Of a DNA stretch of 64,000 bases, positions 37,534 through 46,702 are shown in pieces. Both the position numbers and the translations under genes were made by a program. The notes beneath the pieces are model-generated. The model worked only from the letters and a program-made list of their open reading frames with translations, was not told the origin of the DNA and ran no database searches. The DNA is from an uncultured Candidatus Saccharibacteria bacterium (GTDB lineage Bacteria > Patescibacteriota > Saccharimonadia > Saccharimonadales > Saccharimonadaceae). Every line of letters starts with the position of its first letter. The first letter of the stretch is position 1. The stretch is from positions 40,373 to 104,372 of the forward strand of contig CAUSBS010000003.1 in assembly GCA_963530135.1 (NCBI GenBank), read 5' to 3'.

Positions 37534-38820
37534 ATGAGACTCTTCAAAACCCTCATCTCGCGCATTCTTGCCCGCTCTGTCACTACATTCTTCCTGCATA
37601 ATCCACACGTCAAGCTCGTTGCCGTCGTCGGCAGCGTCGGTAAAACCACCACCAAATCAACCCTCGTCAGCATCCTAAACTCCAGCTATAAAGTCCGCAC
37701 CAACCGCGGCAACTTCAACGCCGAGTTTAGCGCGCCGCTGGAAATTCTCGGTGTCGATTCACCACAGAATCCCCGCTCGGTATGGAATTGGTTATCGGTC
37801 TTGGGCCGAGCCCGCCGCGCTGCCCGTCGCCAGCACGACCTCGACGTTGTCGTCCAGGAGTTCGGCATTGATCACCCCGGCGAAATGGCTGCGTTTGGCC
37901 GCTATATTCGCCCCGACATTACCATCGTCACCGCCATCGCACCCGAGCACATGGAGTTTTTTGGCTCACTAGAAACCGTCGCCCGCGAGGAGTTCGCCCT
38001 CGCTGAATATAGCGAAAAAGTGATCTACAACCGCGATGACATTCGCCCCGAGTTCGTGGACTTCGCCGATTGCGGCCAAATCATTTCCTACGGCACCGAG
38101 CCGGGCGCCGACTACCAGATGGCTATCGGTAAATTTACCAGCGGCAAGGGCTTCCGCTGCCAGCTCATCCACGCTGACCAAACCTCGCGTCCATTCATTA
38201 TCCCTGTTGTCGGCGTGCATCAACTCCGCGTTGCCGGCGGCGCAGCGGCGGTGGCGTTAGAGCTTGGACTTGACATTGAGTGTGTGATGACCATGCTCGA
38301 GAATTTCACACCAGTCAGCGGCCGCATGAATATCTTGCCCGGCATCAACGACGCAACCATCATCGACGACTCGTATAATTCCAGTCCCCTCGCCGTAAAA
38401 TCCGCCCTGACGACACTCTACCGGCTGCCCGCCAAAACTAAAATCGCTGTCCTCGGCGATATGAACGAGCTGGGCGAAACCACGGCCGCCGAACACGCCG
38501 CCGTTGGCGCACTATGCGACCCAAAGCAGCTCGATCACGTCATCACCATCGGCCGCTTGGCCGAGCAATTCCTCGCTCCAGCTGCCCGCCAAAACGGTTG
38601 CGCTGTCACTTCGTTTACTAAAGCCACTGATACTACTGAGTTCCTCACCCACTTGGCCAATAAAGACACCACTTTCCTCTTCAAAGGCTCCCAGGGCGGC
38701 ATCTACCTCGAAGAAGCCATCAAGCCACTCCTCAAAAACCCCGCCGACCGCCAAAAGCTTGTCCGCCAATCAGACGCGTGGCTCGAAAAGAAACGGCAGT
38801 TTTTTGAAAGCGACCATTGA
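37534..38820 (+). CDS. murF: UDP-N-acetylmuramoyl-tripeptide--D-alanyl-D-alanine ligase
   Basis: Contains VVGSVGKTTTKS and NRGNFNAEFSAPLEILG, with Mur ligase middle and C-terminal domains. Confidence 0.85.
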   Translation: MRLFKTLISRILARSVTTFFLHNPHVKLVAVVGSVGKTTTKSTLVSILNSSYKVRTNRGNFNAEFSAPLEILGVDSPQNPRSVWNWLSVLGRARRAARRQHDLDVVVQEFGIDHPGEMAAFGRYIRPDITIVTAIAPEHMEFFGSLETVAREEFALAEYSEKVIYNRDDIRPEFVDFADCGQIISYGTEPGADYQMAIGKFTSGKGFRCQLIHADQTSRPFIIPVVGVHQLRVAGGAAAVALELGLDIECVMTMLENFTPVSGRMNILPGINDATIIDDSYNSSPLAVKSALTTLYRLPAKTKIAVLGDMNELGETTAAEHAAVGALCDPKQLDHVITIGRLAEQFLAPAARQNGCAVTSFTKATDTTEFLTHLANKDTTFLFKGSQGGIYLEEAIKPLLKNPADRQKLVRQSDAWLEKKRQFFESDH

Positions 38821-39350
38821 TGAGCGAAAATGCCACATCAAAAAAATCAATTACCACCCACATTGTGCGCTGGCTTATTTACGGTCTGACGATTCTTGTT
38901 TTCGTGCTTGCAACTGCCCATAACGACCACCTACACAAGCTCAACTCCGACCAATTTGGTCCGCCTGACTATTATTATGACTATCATCTAAATGACTCCG
39001 CCTGGTTCATTATAGCTATGCTTATCACCCTACTGATGATTAAGCTAACGGACTGGTCAATTACCGCCGCCCACCACCGGAATCTGCGCAATCGATGGCC
39101 GCTTGTCATAACAGGCATCTTGTTTTACCTCACAATACTGATACTGCTCCTCGATGTGACAATCGGCGGGTGGGGCATCCCGGGGCGCTGCGGCAGCGGA
39201 TTTTCCACCGGTAACTGCTTTCTGGCTGATGGACTCGGGGAATTCGTATACCTGTTCTGTATGCCGCCGCTTTTCATCTGCGGAACATCTCTTATGATTA
39301 TCAATCGCCGCACCAAGTACCGCGAGAGCCGTAAAAAATCACTGCGATAG
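38820..39350 (+). CDS. hypothetical 4-TM membrane protein
   Basis: Four hydrophobic helices and a Cys-containing loop GRCGSGFSTGNC. The ATG overlaps the murF TGA by 1 nt. Confidence 0.5.
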   Translation: MSENATSKKSITTHIVRWLIYGLTILVFVLATAHNDHLHKLNSDQFGPPDYYYDYHLNDSAWFIIAMLITLLMIKLTDWSITAAHHRNLRNRWPLVITGILFYLTILILLLDVTIGGWGIPGRCGSGFSTGNCFLADGLGEFVYLFCMPPLFICGTSLMIINRRTKYRESRKKSLR

Positions 39351-39638
39351 CTTATAAAGGAACGCCAGCCAGAACAACGCCGCTACCGCGAGGCTACTGA
39401 ACGCACAGAGTTTATATACACCCCTCAGCCACACTACCATCCACACTCCCGCCGCCGACAGCAGCATCGGTAGCGCCATTGCTGCTATCTCAGTAACATG
39501 ATATTCACGAATCCACCACGTATCCCACCTCGCCACAACAAAGAGCAGCGCGCACAAAGCTATCGGTGCAACTACCAGCAAAATCACGACCGTATCGCTT
39601 AAATATGGCTTATCCGTCGTCGCTATATCGTCTTTCAT
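39339..39638 (-). CDS. hypothetical 3-TM membrane protein
   Basis: ORF made almost entirely of hydrophobic helices. Confidence 0.45.
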   Translation of the reverse strand: MKDDIATTDKPYLSDTVVILLVVAPIALCALLFVVARWDTWWIREYHVTEIAAMALPMLLSAAGVWMVVWLRGVYKLCAFSSLAVAALFWLAFLYKLSQ

Positions 39639-39791
39639 AACCTACCCTTCATGATAAATCGGCTGTGTTAGTTAATCAACCTATCACTGCGACCAAGTAG
39701 CCGCCAAATAGTAATGAAATCCCTTGGTCACATCCTTGAGGCTTTGACGTACTTGTTGACTATTCTTCACAATTAACCCCGTCAAGCTCCA

Positions 39792-40154
39792 TCAGCGATT
39801 CACTCTGAACAGCTGAATACTTGTCAATATTATAGCGACGATACCAACTATGAGTCCGGTTCTCGCCCAATTAAAAAGCCCTTCAAAACCACTCCCAAAC
39901 AAGGATGTCTGCAGCAGAAACAAAAATGACACGGGGATAAATAGCCATAAAATAGCCGCCAGATGTGAAAGTGGAAAATTCTTTCTTCTATTCGCAGAAG
40001 TAAACAATAATAACAGACTAATCACGGCGGCAATACATTCTATAATCAGCCCTATCTGATATGTATCACCTCGCACCACGAGTAACGGCATGGTAGCCAT
40101 AACGGCCGTCAATAATATATTCTGCGTTATCTTTATCTTTTTATTCTTTTTCAC
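39792..40154 (-). CDS. hypothetical 4-TM membrane protein
   Basis: Hydrophobic helices throughout. Its start lies 3 nt after the stop of the 59-aa ORF. Confidence 0.45.
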   Translation of the reverse strand: MKKNKKIKITQNILLTAVMATMPLLVVRGDTYQIGLIIECIAAVISLLLLFTSANRRKNFPLSHLAAILWLFIPVSFLFLLQTSLFGSGFEGLFNWARTGLIVGIVAIILTSIQLFRVNR

Positions 40155-40157
40155 AAC

Positions 40158-40337
40158 TTACCCCCCTTCGGTAGTGTACTTTACGAATCCTCGTAGCTTA
40201 TAGTCTTTTGCTCTAGGTTTGAGTGCTGGTGATAGATGGTCTTCTGGTTTTAGGGCGTAGCATTTTTCGCTTACGTCTTTGGCGAGAATAATTGGTGTTC
40301 CTTTTTTGATGTCACCACAATCTATTAACCAGATCAT
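40158..40337 (-). CDS. small ORF (59 aa) directly downstream of the Pnkp-like gene
   Basis: My translation is MIWLIDCGDIKKGTPIILAKDVSEKCYALKPEDHLSPALKPRAKDYKLRGFVKYTTEGG. A GGAG SD lies 5 nt upstream, and the gap after the Pnkp stop is 14 nt. Confidence 0.4.
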   Translation of the reverse strand: MIWLIDCGDIKKGTPIILAKDVSEKCYALKPEDHLSPALKPRAKDYKLRGFVKYTTEGG

Positions 40338-40351
40338 CGTACTCCACTAGC

Positions 40352-42508
40352 CTACTCAAACCGTCGCCGCAGCGTGATAATGTCCATCCGCGCTAAGTCC
40401 TCGGTGGGCAGCTGCCGCATATATTCAATTACCCGGGCTGCCAGCGCCGGATCAGGACAATCATCCCTGATTGACGGCTGCCGACCAGTCTGCAGTGCCG
40501 CCAGCGCTGTTCGCATCTGCCGCCAAAAGGTATAATAATCAAGCTTAATCTTGACGTGATGACCACCAGCATCTTCGAGCACAAAGCCCTCAACTCGCTC
40601 ACCCTGCCACCGATACGCCATGCCGTGAAGCTGGCCAAACCACGTCATAAACTCCCTCCACGACGAAAACTCCGCCGCCAGACGCTTGCTGTTCGCCCCG
40701 ATCTCGCGTGCAAATCGCTCCCGCTCCTGCCGATCGACCGCTTCGTATGCAACCTGACGCTTGACGATATCGAGCAGCACCAACTTGTCTGACTCATACG
40801 CGATAATATGCGGATCAAATCGCGGCAACACAACCTCAAACAATAGGCACGCATTATGACGGCGCAGATAATCAGTAATATACGGTAGTTTGTCTCGAAA
40901 TTGCTCCAAAAACTCTCGCCGAAAGGCTGCTGCATAGTCACCCTCGGTCGTCGACTTTGACGCGATCACCAACCCGCCCGCCGCCGAATCATACCCGACC
41001 AACCCCAAAAAGCCATTCTCCTTCACCCACGCCCGCACCGGAAAGGCCATCGTCTGCTCCAGTGCCGCTAGTTCAGTATCGCGCCGCTCGCCGATGTTAA
41101 AAAACTTATCATAGGCCCGAATCACGATTTCGTTTGTCAGCGTATTGAGAAACAGTCCGCGCGCTCGCATCGTCTGCGTCGTCCATGCTTGGCGATAAAA
41201 TGCCTCGGGCTTGAAATTAAACGAGCTGATATCACCCGGCAGAATTGATTCACGAATGTAGCGATTCTGCCGCAGCTGGCTTAGGAACGCTGCGTTTTCT
41301 GGATACAGCCGCGCTGCTGCCTGTTGATTTTGAATAGCGATCGGTGTCATGCCATTCTCGTCCAGCCGCACTGTTCGCAGCTCGCCGCCAAACTCAACCT
41401 TTCCCTCCAAATTGTAGCACCGTTCGTTGTACCGCGTAGGGTAATTTTGCCTATTGCGATGTCCATGAACCTGAAACGTCGCATCATCAGTCTGCGCCAT
41501 AAATGCATTATCCACCGCCCCAACCTCATCATACGCCCCCACGCCATGGATCAGCTGGCTGGTCGCCACCAATGGTAACCGCTCCGGCAGCATACTAAGT
41601 CCACCATGCGTCACCAACACTGTTTGCCCTCGAAATTGGTACAAAATATATTGATCCATCCGCCGCATCAGCCGTGCTACCTTACGCTTATCAATACCTG
41701 CCGCCTCCAGCTGTGGCTGCGTTTGTTCGCTAAATACCCGCGCCGCAACCGGCTGATCGGTTGCCCACTGCCAGAGATACAGCTCGTGATTACCCTCGAC
41801 GAACCGCACGTTTGGCCGGTCAAGCAACTCGTCACAAACAAATCGCATCACCGCATCATTCTCCGTGCCGCGATCTAATAGATCACCGACAAAAATATAC
41901 AGTTCATCATCCCGAAGCGGATACCGCTCGAAATATTCCTTCAGCGGCGTAAAGCACCCCTGCACATCGCCGATATGATGAATCGCCCGATACCTATCAA
42001 CGTTCTCTGGCTGATTGGTAAGCAGCTGATTCACCTCCTCAGCCGTCCGCACCACCGTCACCCATTTCGGCAGTGAACTTCGCTGCAGTCGCCGATGCAT
42101 ACGCTCAAGCACACTACTCGGCACCACCTTATGGCTCGGCCGCTCCCTGTTACGCTCTTGACACACCGCCAGCGGTACATCGGCAAAATCAATCACCACC
42201 AGCCGGTAGCGATATTTCCGACATAGCTCGCCGTACGTCTTGAAATAATTTGGCGTCGTGTGTGTTGCATCAACCACCGTCGTCTCACCCCGCGTCATCC
42301 GCTGCTCCAGCATCTCGTGTAATAGCCGCCACACCATTGCATCCTGACGCGACGGCATGGTCGTTTGTCCGTCAATCATCAGCTGCGGCGACGCCAGCAT
42401 CAGCCGTATCATGTCCGGCGACAGCGTATAATTATCAAGCCCCTGTTCCGCGAGAAACGTCGACTTACCAGAGCCGGGAATCCCTCTGGTTACCAGTAAC
42501 AGCCGCAT
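40352..42508 (-). CDS. trifunctional polynucleotide 5'-kinase / 2',3'-phosphatase / ligase-type nucleotidyltransferase (bacterial Pnkp-like RNA repair enzyme)
   Basis: P-loop GIPGSGKST. Calcineurin-type motifs GDVQGC, GDLLDRG, GNHE, THGG and HGH. Ligase motifs I VKENG, III LLFEVV, IV EGFVLE and V HVKIK. Confidence 0.7.
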   Translation of the reverse strand: MRLLLVTRGIPGSGKSTFLAEQGLDNYTLSPDMIRLMLASPQLMIDGQTTMPSRQDAMVWRLLHEMLEQRMTRGETTVVDATHTTPNYFKTYGELCRKYRYRLVVIDFADVPLAVCQERNRERPSHKVVPSSVLERMHRRLQRSSLPKWVTVVRTAEEVNQLLTNQPENVDRYRAIHHIGDVQGCFTPLKEYFERYPLRDDELYIFVGDLLDRGTENDAVMRFVCDELLDRPNVRFVEGNHELYLWQWATDQPVAARVFSEQTQPQLEAAGIDKRKVARLMRRMDQYILYQFRGQTVLVTHGGLSMLPERLPLVATSQLIHGVGAYDEVGAVDNAFMAQTDDATFQVHGHRNRQNYPTRYNERCYNLEGKVEFGGELRTVRLDENGMTPIAIQNQQAAARLYPENAAFLSQLRQNRYIRESILPGDISSFNFKPEAFYRQAWTTQTMRARGLFLNTLTNEIVIRAYDKFFNIGERRDTELAALEQTMAFPVRAWVKENGFLGLVGYDSAAGGLVIASKSTTEGDYAAAFRREFLEQFRDKLPYITDYLRRHNACLLFEVVLPRFDPHIIAYESDKLVLLDIVKRQVAYEAVDRQERERFAREIGANSKRLAAEFSSWREFMTWFGQLHGMAYRWQGERVEGFVLEDAGGHHVKIKLDYYTFWRQMRTALAALQTGRQPSIRDDCPDPALAARVIEYMRQLPTEDLARMDIITLRRRFE

Positions 42509-42511
42509 GCC

Positions 42512-43810
42512 TCACGCCGCCCGTTCCTGACCAACGATCTCGCGCACCACCTGACCATCATTCCACGGCAGCCGTTGACCATTGACGATCCGATATTGCT
42601 CGTGACCCATGCCGGTGATCAGCACCATATCGCCCTTCTTGGCGCAGCCAAGCGCTCGCTCAATCGCCTGGCGCCGGTCGGCAATTTCCGTCGTTTTCGC
42701 GTCGCCGCGACCGCGCTCAATTCCCTCCATCAACATTCGCCGGATTTGTTCTGGATCTTCGTTATAACTCTCCTCGTCAGTCAGGAAAATCCGATCCGCT
42801 CCACGCGCCGCGATCTCGCCCATAGTCGGTCGCTTGCCCTGATCACGATCACCACACGCCCCGAACACCAAGATCACCCGCTGCTTGGTGATGCCGCGGG
42901 CCGCCGCCAGCAGTTTTTCCAGCGCATCTGGCGTATGAGCATAATCAACGATCACATCATAGCCCAGGCCCTCGACCGCCCGCTCAAACCGCCCCGGCAC
43001 AGCCTCGACATTAGCCACCCCCTCCTGGATATCCTCCAGCTTAACGCCCAATAAATACGCCAGCGTCGTCGCAGCCGTCATGTTCATCACATTGAACTCG
43101 CCCGGCAGATTCGTCGCTAGCTCCAAATGCGTCTGATGATCCAGCACGACGTCGGCCTCGGTACCCTTGCGATACAACTTGACGTGGGTAATTTTTGCCT
43201 CAGCCTCGGCGCTTCGGCCATACGTCATCTTTTGCTCGCTGGCGACAAACTGATTGAAATAGTCATACCACTCATCGTCGCGATTGAGCACGATAAACCG
43301 TGGGCGCAGTTGGAAGAGTTTACTCTTGGCCGCGGCATACTCTTCCATCGTCTTGTGATAATCGAGGTGATCCTGCGTCAAATTCGTCATCACCGCCGCC
43401 TCAATCGGCACGCCGTCCAGCTTGTGCTGATCCAGCGCATGACTCGTCACCTCCAGCACCACATAGTCGGCGTTCGCCCGCTTGGCGTCGCGGAAAAACC
43501 GCTGCATCCGCGCCGTACTCGCCACTGTAGCATTGAGGTCGTTAAGTTTTCGCTCGCCCGCCACCTCGATCACCGCCGTGGTAAACATCGCCGTCGTGAA
43601 GTGAGCCTCTTTCAAAATCTCATTGATATAGCACGACGTTGTCGTCTTGCCATTCGTCCCCGTCACCGCGATCACCCTGAGGTGCTTTGACGGATTACCA
43701 TACCGCGCGCTAACCAGCTTGACGCGCAGCCGCCGATACCCATTCTCTAGCCACCGGAGCATCCCGACAGGCAACACTTTTCTCACAAACTTCACCAATA
43801 TGGCTTTCAT
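42512..43810 (-). CDS. murE: UDP-N-acetylmuramoyl-L-alanyl-D-glutamate--(diamino acid) ligase MurE, without the DNPR DAP-recognition motif
   Basis: Contains VTGTNGKTTT, EVTSHALDQHK and NLTQDHLDYH. The position of DNPR reads EESY (FLTDEESYNEDP). Confidence 0.85.
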   Translation of the reverse strand: MKAILVKFVRKVLPVGMLRWLENGYRRLRVKLVSARYGNPSKHLRVIAVTGTNGKTTTSCYINEILKEAHFTTAMFTTAVIEVAGERKLNDLNATVASTARMQRFFRDAKRANADYVVLEVTSHALDQHKLDGVPIEAAVMTNLTQDHLDYHKTMEEYAAAKSKLFQLRPRFIVLNRDDEWYDYFNQFVASEQKMTYGRSAEAEAKITHVKLYRKGTEADVVLDHQTHLELATNLPGEFNVMNMTAATTLAYLLGVKLEDIQEGVANVEAVPGRFERAVEGLGYDVIVDYAHTPDALEKLLAAARGITKQRVILVFGACGDRDQGKRPTMGEIAARGADRIFLTDEESYNEDPEQIRRMLMEGIERGRGDAKTTEIADRRQAIERALGCAKKGDMVLITGMGHEQYRIVNGQRLPWNDGQVVREIVGQERAA

Positions 43811-43846
43811 GTGTATTATTTTAACACCTTAAGTGGTGAATAACCA

Positions 43847-44485
43847 CTATATCACCACAAAATAAAACGTCCAGTGCAGCGCCAATGTCATATAAATCGT
43901 TCCTGTTTTTTGACGCAACGCGGCACACACCACCCCCATCGCCAGAATCGCCAACGCAGCGAGCCAGTGTGTCGGTGCAAACTTATGTGGCAACATGACC
44001 GCATGTACCGCATAGAACGTGAGACCAGTGGCTATTACTGTCCAAACTGGACTAGCAACGACACGCTGTATATATGATTGCAACAATCCGAACGTCAAGT
44101 ACTGCTGCATAAAGACATTCACCACCGCCATCAGCACATACGCCCAAGCTGGTAAGTCAAAAATAATGCCATCCAACCCACCAGTTCGTAGTGGCAGCAC
44201 CGCCAACGCTAGCAAGACCAAAACAAACAGATAAGCGCTCCAGTGTCGTTTTGCCAACTCTCGATTGATCGATCGCTGGGTCAGTATGAGCGGTACCAGC
44301 AACAAGCAGCTCGCAATTACCCCAACTATAATTTGCTTTACCGCATCATCCGGAAACACCCACTTGCCAATTGGCGTCACGCCAACCCCCGGAATAATAG
44401 ACCACCCAAACACCCAGACCATGATCATCAGCATCAATTCTCGTAGCGGTGAAGGTTTTGCGGTTGCAGTAGTAGCTTGATTCAT
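43847..44485 (-). CDS. polytopic membrane protein, CPBP (CAAX protease/Abi)-like with Gln-Gln in place of the catalytic Glu-Glu
   Basis: Motif order is FMQQYLTFG (versus EExxxR), TFYAVH (FxxxH) and LALHWTFY (Hxxx[ND]). Confidence 0.35.
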   Translation of the reverse strand: MNQATTATAKPSPLRELMLMIMVWVFGWSIIPGVGVTPIGKWVFPDDAVKQIIVGVIASCLLLVPLILTQRSINRELAKRHWSAYLFVLVLLALAVLPLRTGGLDGIIFDLPAWAYVLMAVVNVFMQQYLTFGLLQSYIQRVVASPVWTVIATGLTFYAVHAVMLPHKFAPTHWLAALAILAMGVVCAALRQKTGTIYMTLALHWTFYFVVI

Positions 44486-44518
44486 AATCCATGTCCCTTT
44501 TTGCTATAATACTAGAGT

Positions 44519-45589
44519 ATGAGGATTTTGGGAATCGAGTCCAGCTGCGACGAAACGGCAGCGGCGGTGGTTGAAGATGGCGAACGCTTGCTTTCTAATG
44601 TGGTCAATTCCCAGATTGACATCCATGCTGAGTATGGTGGCGTCATCCCGGAAATTGCCGCCCGCAGCCATCTAGAGGTTATTAACCCGGTTATCAACAA
44701 AGCACTATCTGATGCTGATTGCACCTGGGGCGATATCGATACCATCGCCGTCACCTACGCACCTGGCCTGATCGGCTCGCTGCTCATCGGCACGCTCGCT
44801 GCCCGTACCCTCGCTATTATTCGCAATAAGCCGCTCTACAAGATACACCACGTCGAGGCGCATGTGTATGCCAATTTCATCAGTCAGCAGACTAACAACT
44901 TATCTTTAACCCTACCCAAAAGCCAACCTGCCTTCCCTCTCCTTGCCCTCATCGTCTCTGGTGGCCATTCACAGCTCGTTCTTTTCCAAGCTCACGGCAA
45001 CTACCAGCTCATCGGCCAGACCCAGGACGACGCCGTCGGCGAGGCGTTCGATAAGGTTGCTAAAATCATTGGCCTGCCCTACCCTGGCGGCCCTGCCATC
45101 GCCAAAGCAGCCGAGCTCGGCGATCCCCACGCCTTTCACCTGCCCATCGCCAAGCTCGCCGGTGAGTACGATTTTTCCTTCTCCGGCCTCAAGACAGCCG
45201 TTCTGAGGACCGTTCAGCGCGAGGTGGGCAAAGACTTCACCTTTCCGTCGCACGAGCTTCCAGAGCTAGTAAACGACAGTCTAAGGCATAACATGGCAGC
45301 CAGTTTCCAATACACCGCCATCAAAACCTTGGTCGATAAGACCAAGAAAGCCTATGACAATTTCCAGCCCACCTCCGTCGTCATCGCTGGTGGCGTCGCC
45401 GCCAACCAAGAATTACGCCGCCAATTGCGCCAAGCCTTGCCCATCACTATCGAATACGCACCCGTTCAGCTCTGCACCGACAACGCCGCCATGATCGCCG
45501 CGCTCGGCTATTTCCGCGCCCACATTGACCAGCCCACCGACCCATACGACCTAGAAGTCCAACCAAGTTTATCAATGACAGCAATCTAA
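44519..45589 (+). CDS. tsaD: tRNA N6-adenosine threonylcarbamoyltransferase
   Basis: Contains MRILGIESSCDETAAAVV, HHVEAHV and SGGHSQL. Confidence 0.93.
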   Translation: MRILGIESSCDETAAAVVEDGERLLSNVVNSQIDIHAEYGGVIPEIAARSHLEVINPVINKALSDADCTWGDIDTIAVTYAPGLIGSLLIGTLAARTLAIIRNKPLYKIHHVEAHVYANFISQQTNNLSLTLPKSQPAFPLLALIVSGGHSQLVLFQAHGNYQLIGQTQDDAVGEAFDKVAKIIGLPYPGGPAIAKAAELGDPHAFHLPIAKLAGEYDFSFSGLKTAVLRTVQREVGKDFTFPSHELPELVNDSLRHNMAASFQYTAIKTLVDKTKKAYDNFQPTSVVIAGGVAANQELRRQLRQALPITIEYAPVQLCTDNAAMIAALGYFRAHIDQPTDPYDLEVQPSLSMTAI

Positions 45590-45607
45590 CGTTGTGAGGA
45601 TTACAAC

Positions 45608-46531
45608 ATGAACCAACATTTTTTACAATCAACCGCCTGGCAAGCTTTTCAGGAATCGCTCGGCCGCACTACCTTTCGCGATAGTGGCCCAGACTGGGAA
45701 TACTTGGCTATTTTGGAGCGCAGCACCGGCAATTCCCGCCTCTACTGCCCGTACGGTCCGGCCGCTGATGACGAACATTCACTGGCAGCGGCCCTTGATT
45801 CTCTCATTCACCTTGGCAAAAAACACCGCGCTACCTTCCTGCGCGTCGAGCCAACCAACCTTGATTTTGCCGCCTATCTCCAAGCTCACGGCTGGAAAAA
45901 GGTCACCTACCAAAAGCTCCAGCCCGAGCATTCACACGTCATCGACCTGACTCAGCCACGAGACCAGCTGATCGCCCATATGGCGCAGCCAGTTCGCAAT
46001 GTGTACCGCAATTATCATAAAAAAGGCGTCTCCGTCCACCGCTCAACCGACCCACATGACATTGATATCTTGCTAAAATTTGTTCACCACGTCGCCCGGC
46101 AGCGCGGCATCACACCACATCCCGATAGTTATTTCCGCCAGCAAGCCGCCACCCTCTTCCCGCTCGGCGCAGCCACATTGTACTACGCCACCCTTGACAA
46201 CCAGCTCATCGCCGCTGCCCTGTTTTATCACAGCAGCGATACGCTATATTACGCTCATGCCGGCGCTTCATCGGACCCAGCCCATCGCAAACTCAACGCC
46301 GGCACTGCCCTGCTGGCCGAAGCGATCGTTGATGCTCAGCAGCGCGGATTAACCAAAGCTGACCTCTACGGCATCGCCCCGGACGGCGCCGACAAGAATC
46401 ATCCATGGGCTGGCTTCACCAAATTCAAGCGCTCATTCGGTGGACACGACGTTACTTTTGCCGGTGCTTGGGATTTGCCATTACAGCGCAGTCGCTACTG
46501 GCTGTACCGCGCCTACCAAACGCTGCGTTAA
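45608..46531 (+). CDS. FemAB-family peptidoglycan interpeptide-bridge aminoacyltransferase (FemX-like)
   Basis: MNQHFLQSTAWQAFQESLG is the typical FemAB N-terminus. Also has YYAHAGAS and the right two-GNAT-lobe size. Confidence 0.7.
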   Translation: MNQHFLQSTAWQAFQESLGRTTFRDSGPDWEYLAILERSTGNSRLYCPYGPAADDEHSLAAALDSLIHLGKKHRATFLRVEPTNLDFAAYLQAHGWKKVTYQKLQPEHSHVIDLTQPRDQLIAHMAQPVRNVYRNYHKKGVSVHRSTDPHDIDILLKFVHHVARQRGITPHPDSYFRQQAATLFPLGAATLYYATLDNQLIAAALFYHSSDTLYYAHAGASSDPAHRKLNAGTALLAEAIVDAQQRGLTKADLYGIAPDGADKNHPWAGFTKFKRSFGGHDVTFAGAWDLPLQRSRYWLYRAYQTLR

Positions 46532-46638
46532 ATGCCCCCAATCGGCCATCATCCGCGGTTTTGTCACCCCTTTTTCTGTGATATAATTGGCTTGGTAATA
46601 TAACCGCGTGGAGAGAGAATTTACGCCTATTGTCTGAG

Positions 46639-46652
46639 TTTTCACGTGAAAA
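46639..46652. promoter_or_regulatory. perfect 14-bp palindrome TTTTCACGTGAAAA (copy 1) in the valS leader
   Basis: Read directly from the sequence. Confidence 0.6.
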
Positions 46653-46675
46653 ATCTCAACAATGGCGGTGCTTGC

Positions 46676-46689
46676 TTTTCACGTGAAAA
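46676..46689. promoter_or_regulatory. perfect 14-bp palindrome TTTTCACGTGAAAA (copy 2), ending 2 nt before the valS SD
   Basis: Read directly. It is 37 bp centre-to-centre from copy 1. A 12/14 third copy lies at 47012..47023 inside valS. Confidence 0.6.
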
Positions 46690-46702
46690 GTAGGAATTAT
46701 TC

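Noticed and set aside
46560-46702. T-box riboswitch upstream of valS
   Set aside because: The leader is only ~105 nt. It lacks a specifier-loop architecture, the conserved T-box 14-mer and a terminator/antiterminator pair. The palindromes are reported instead as candidate operators.
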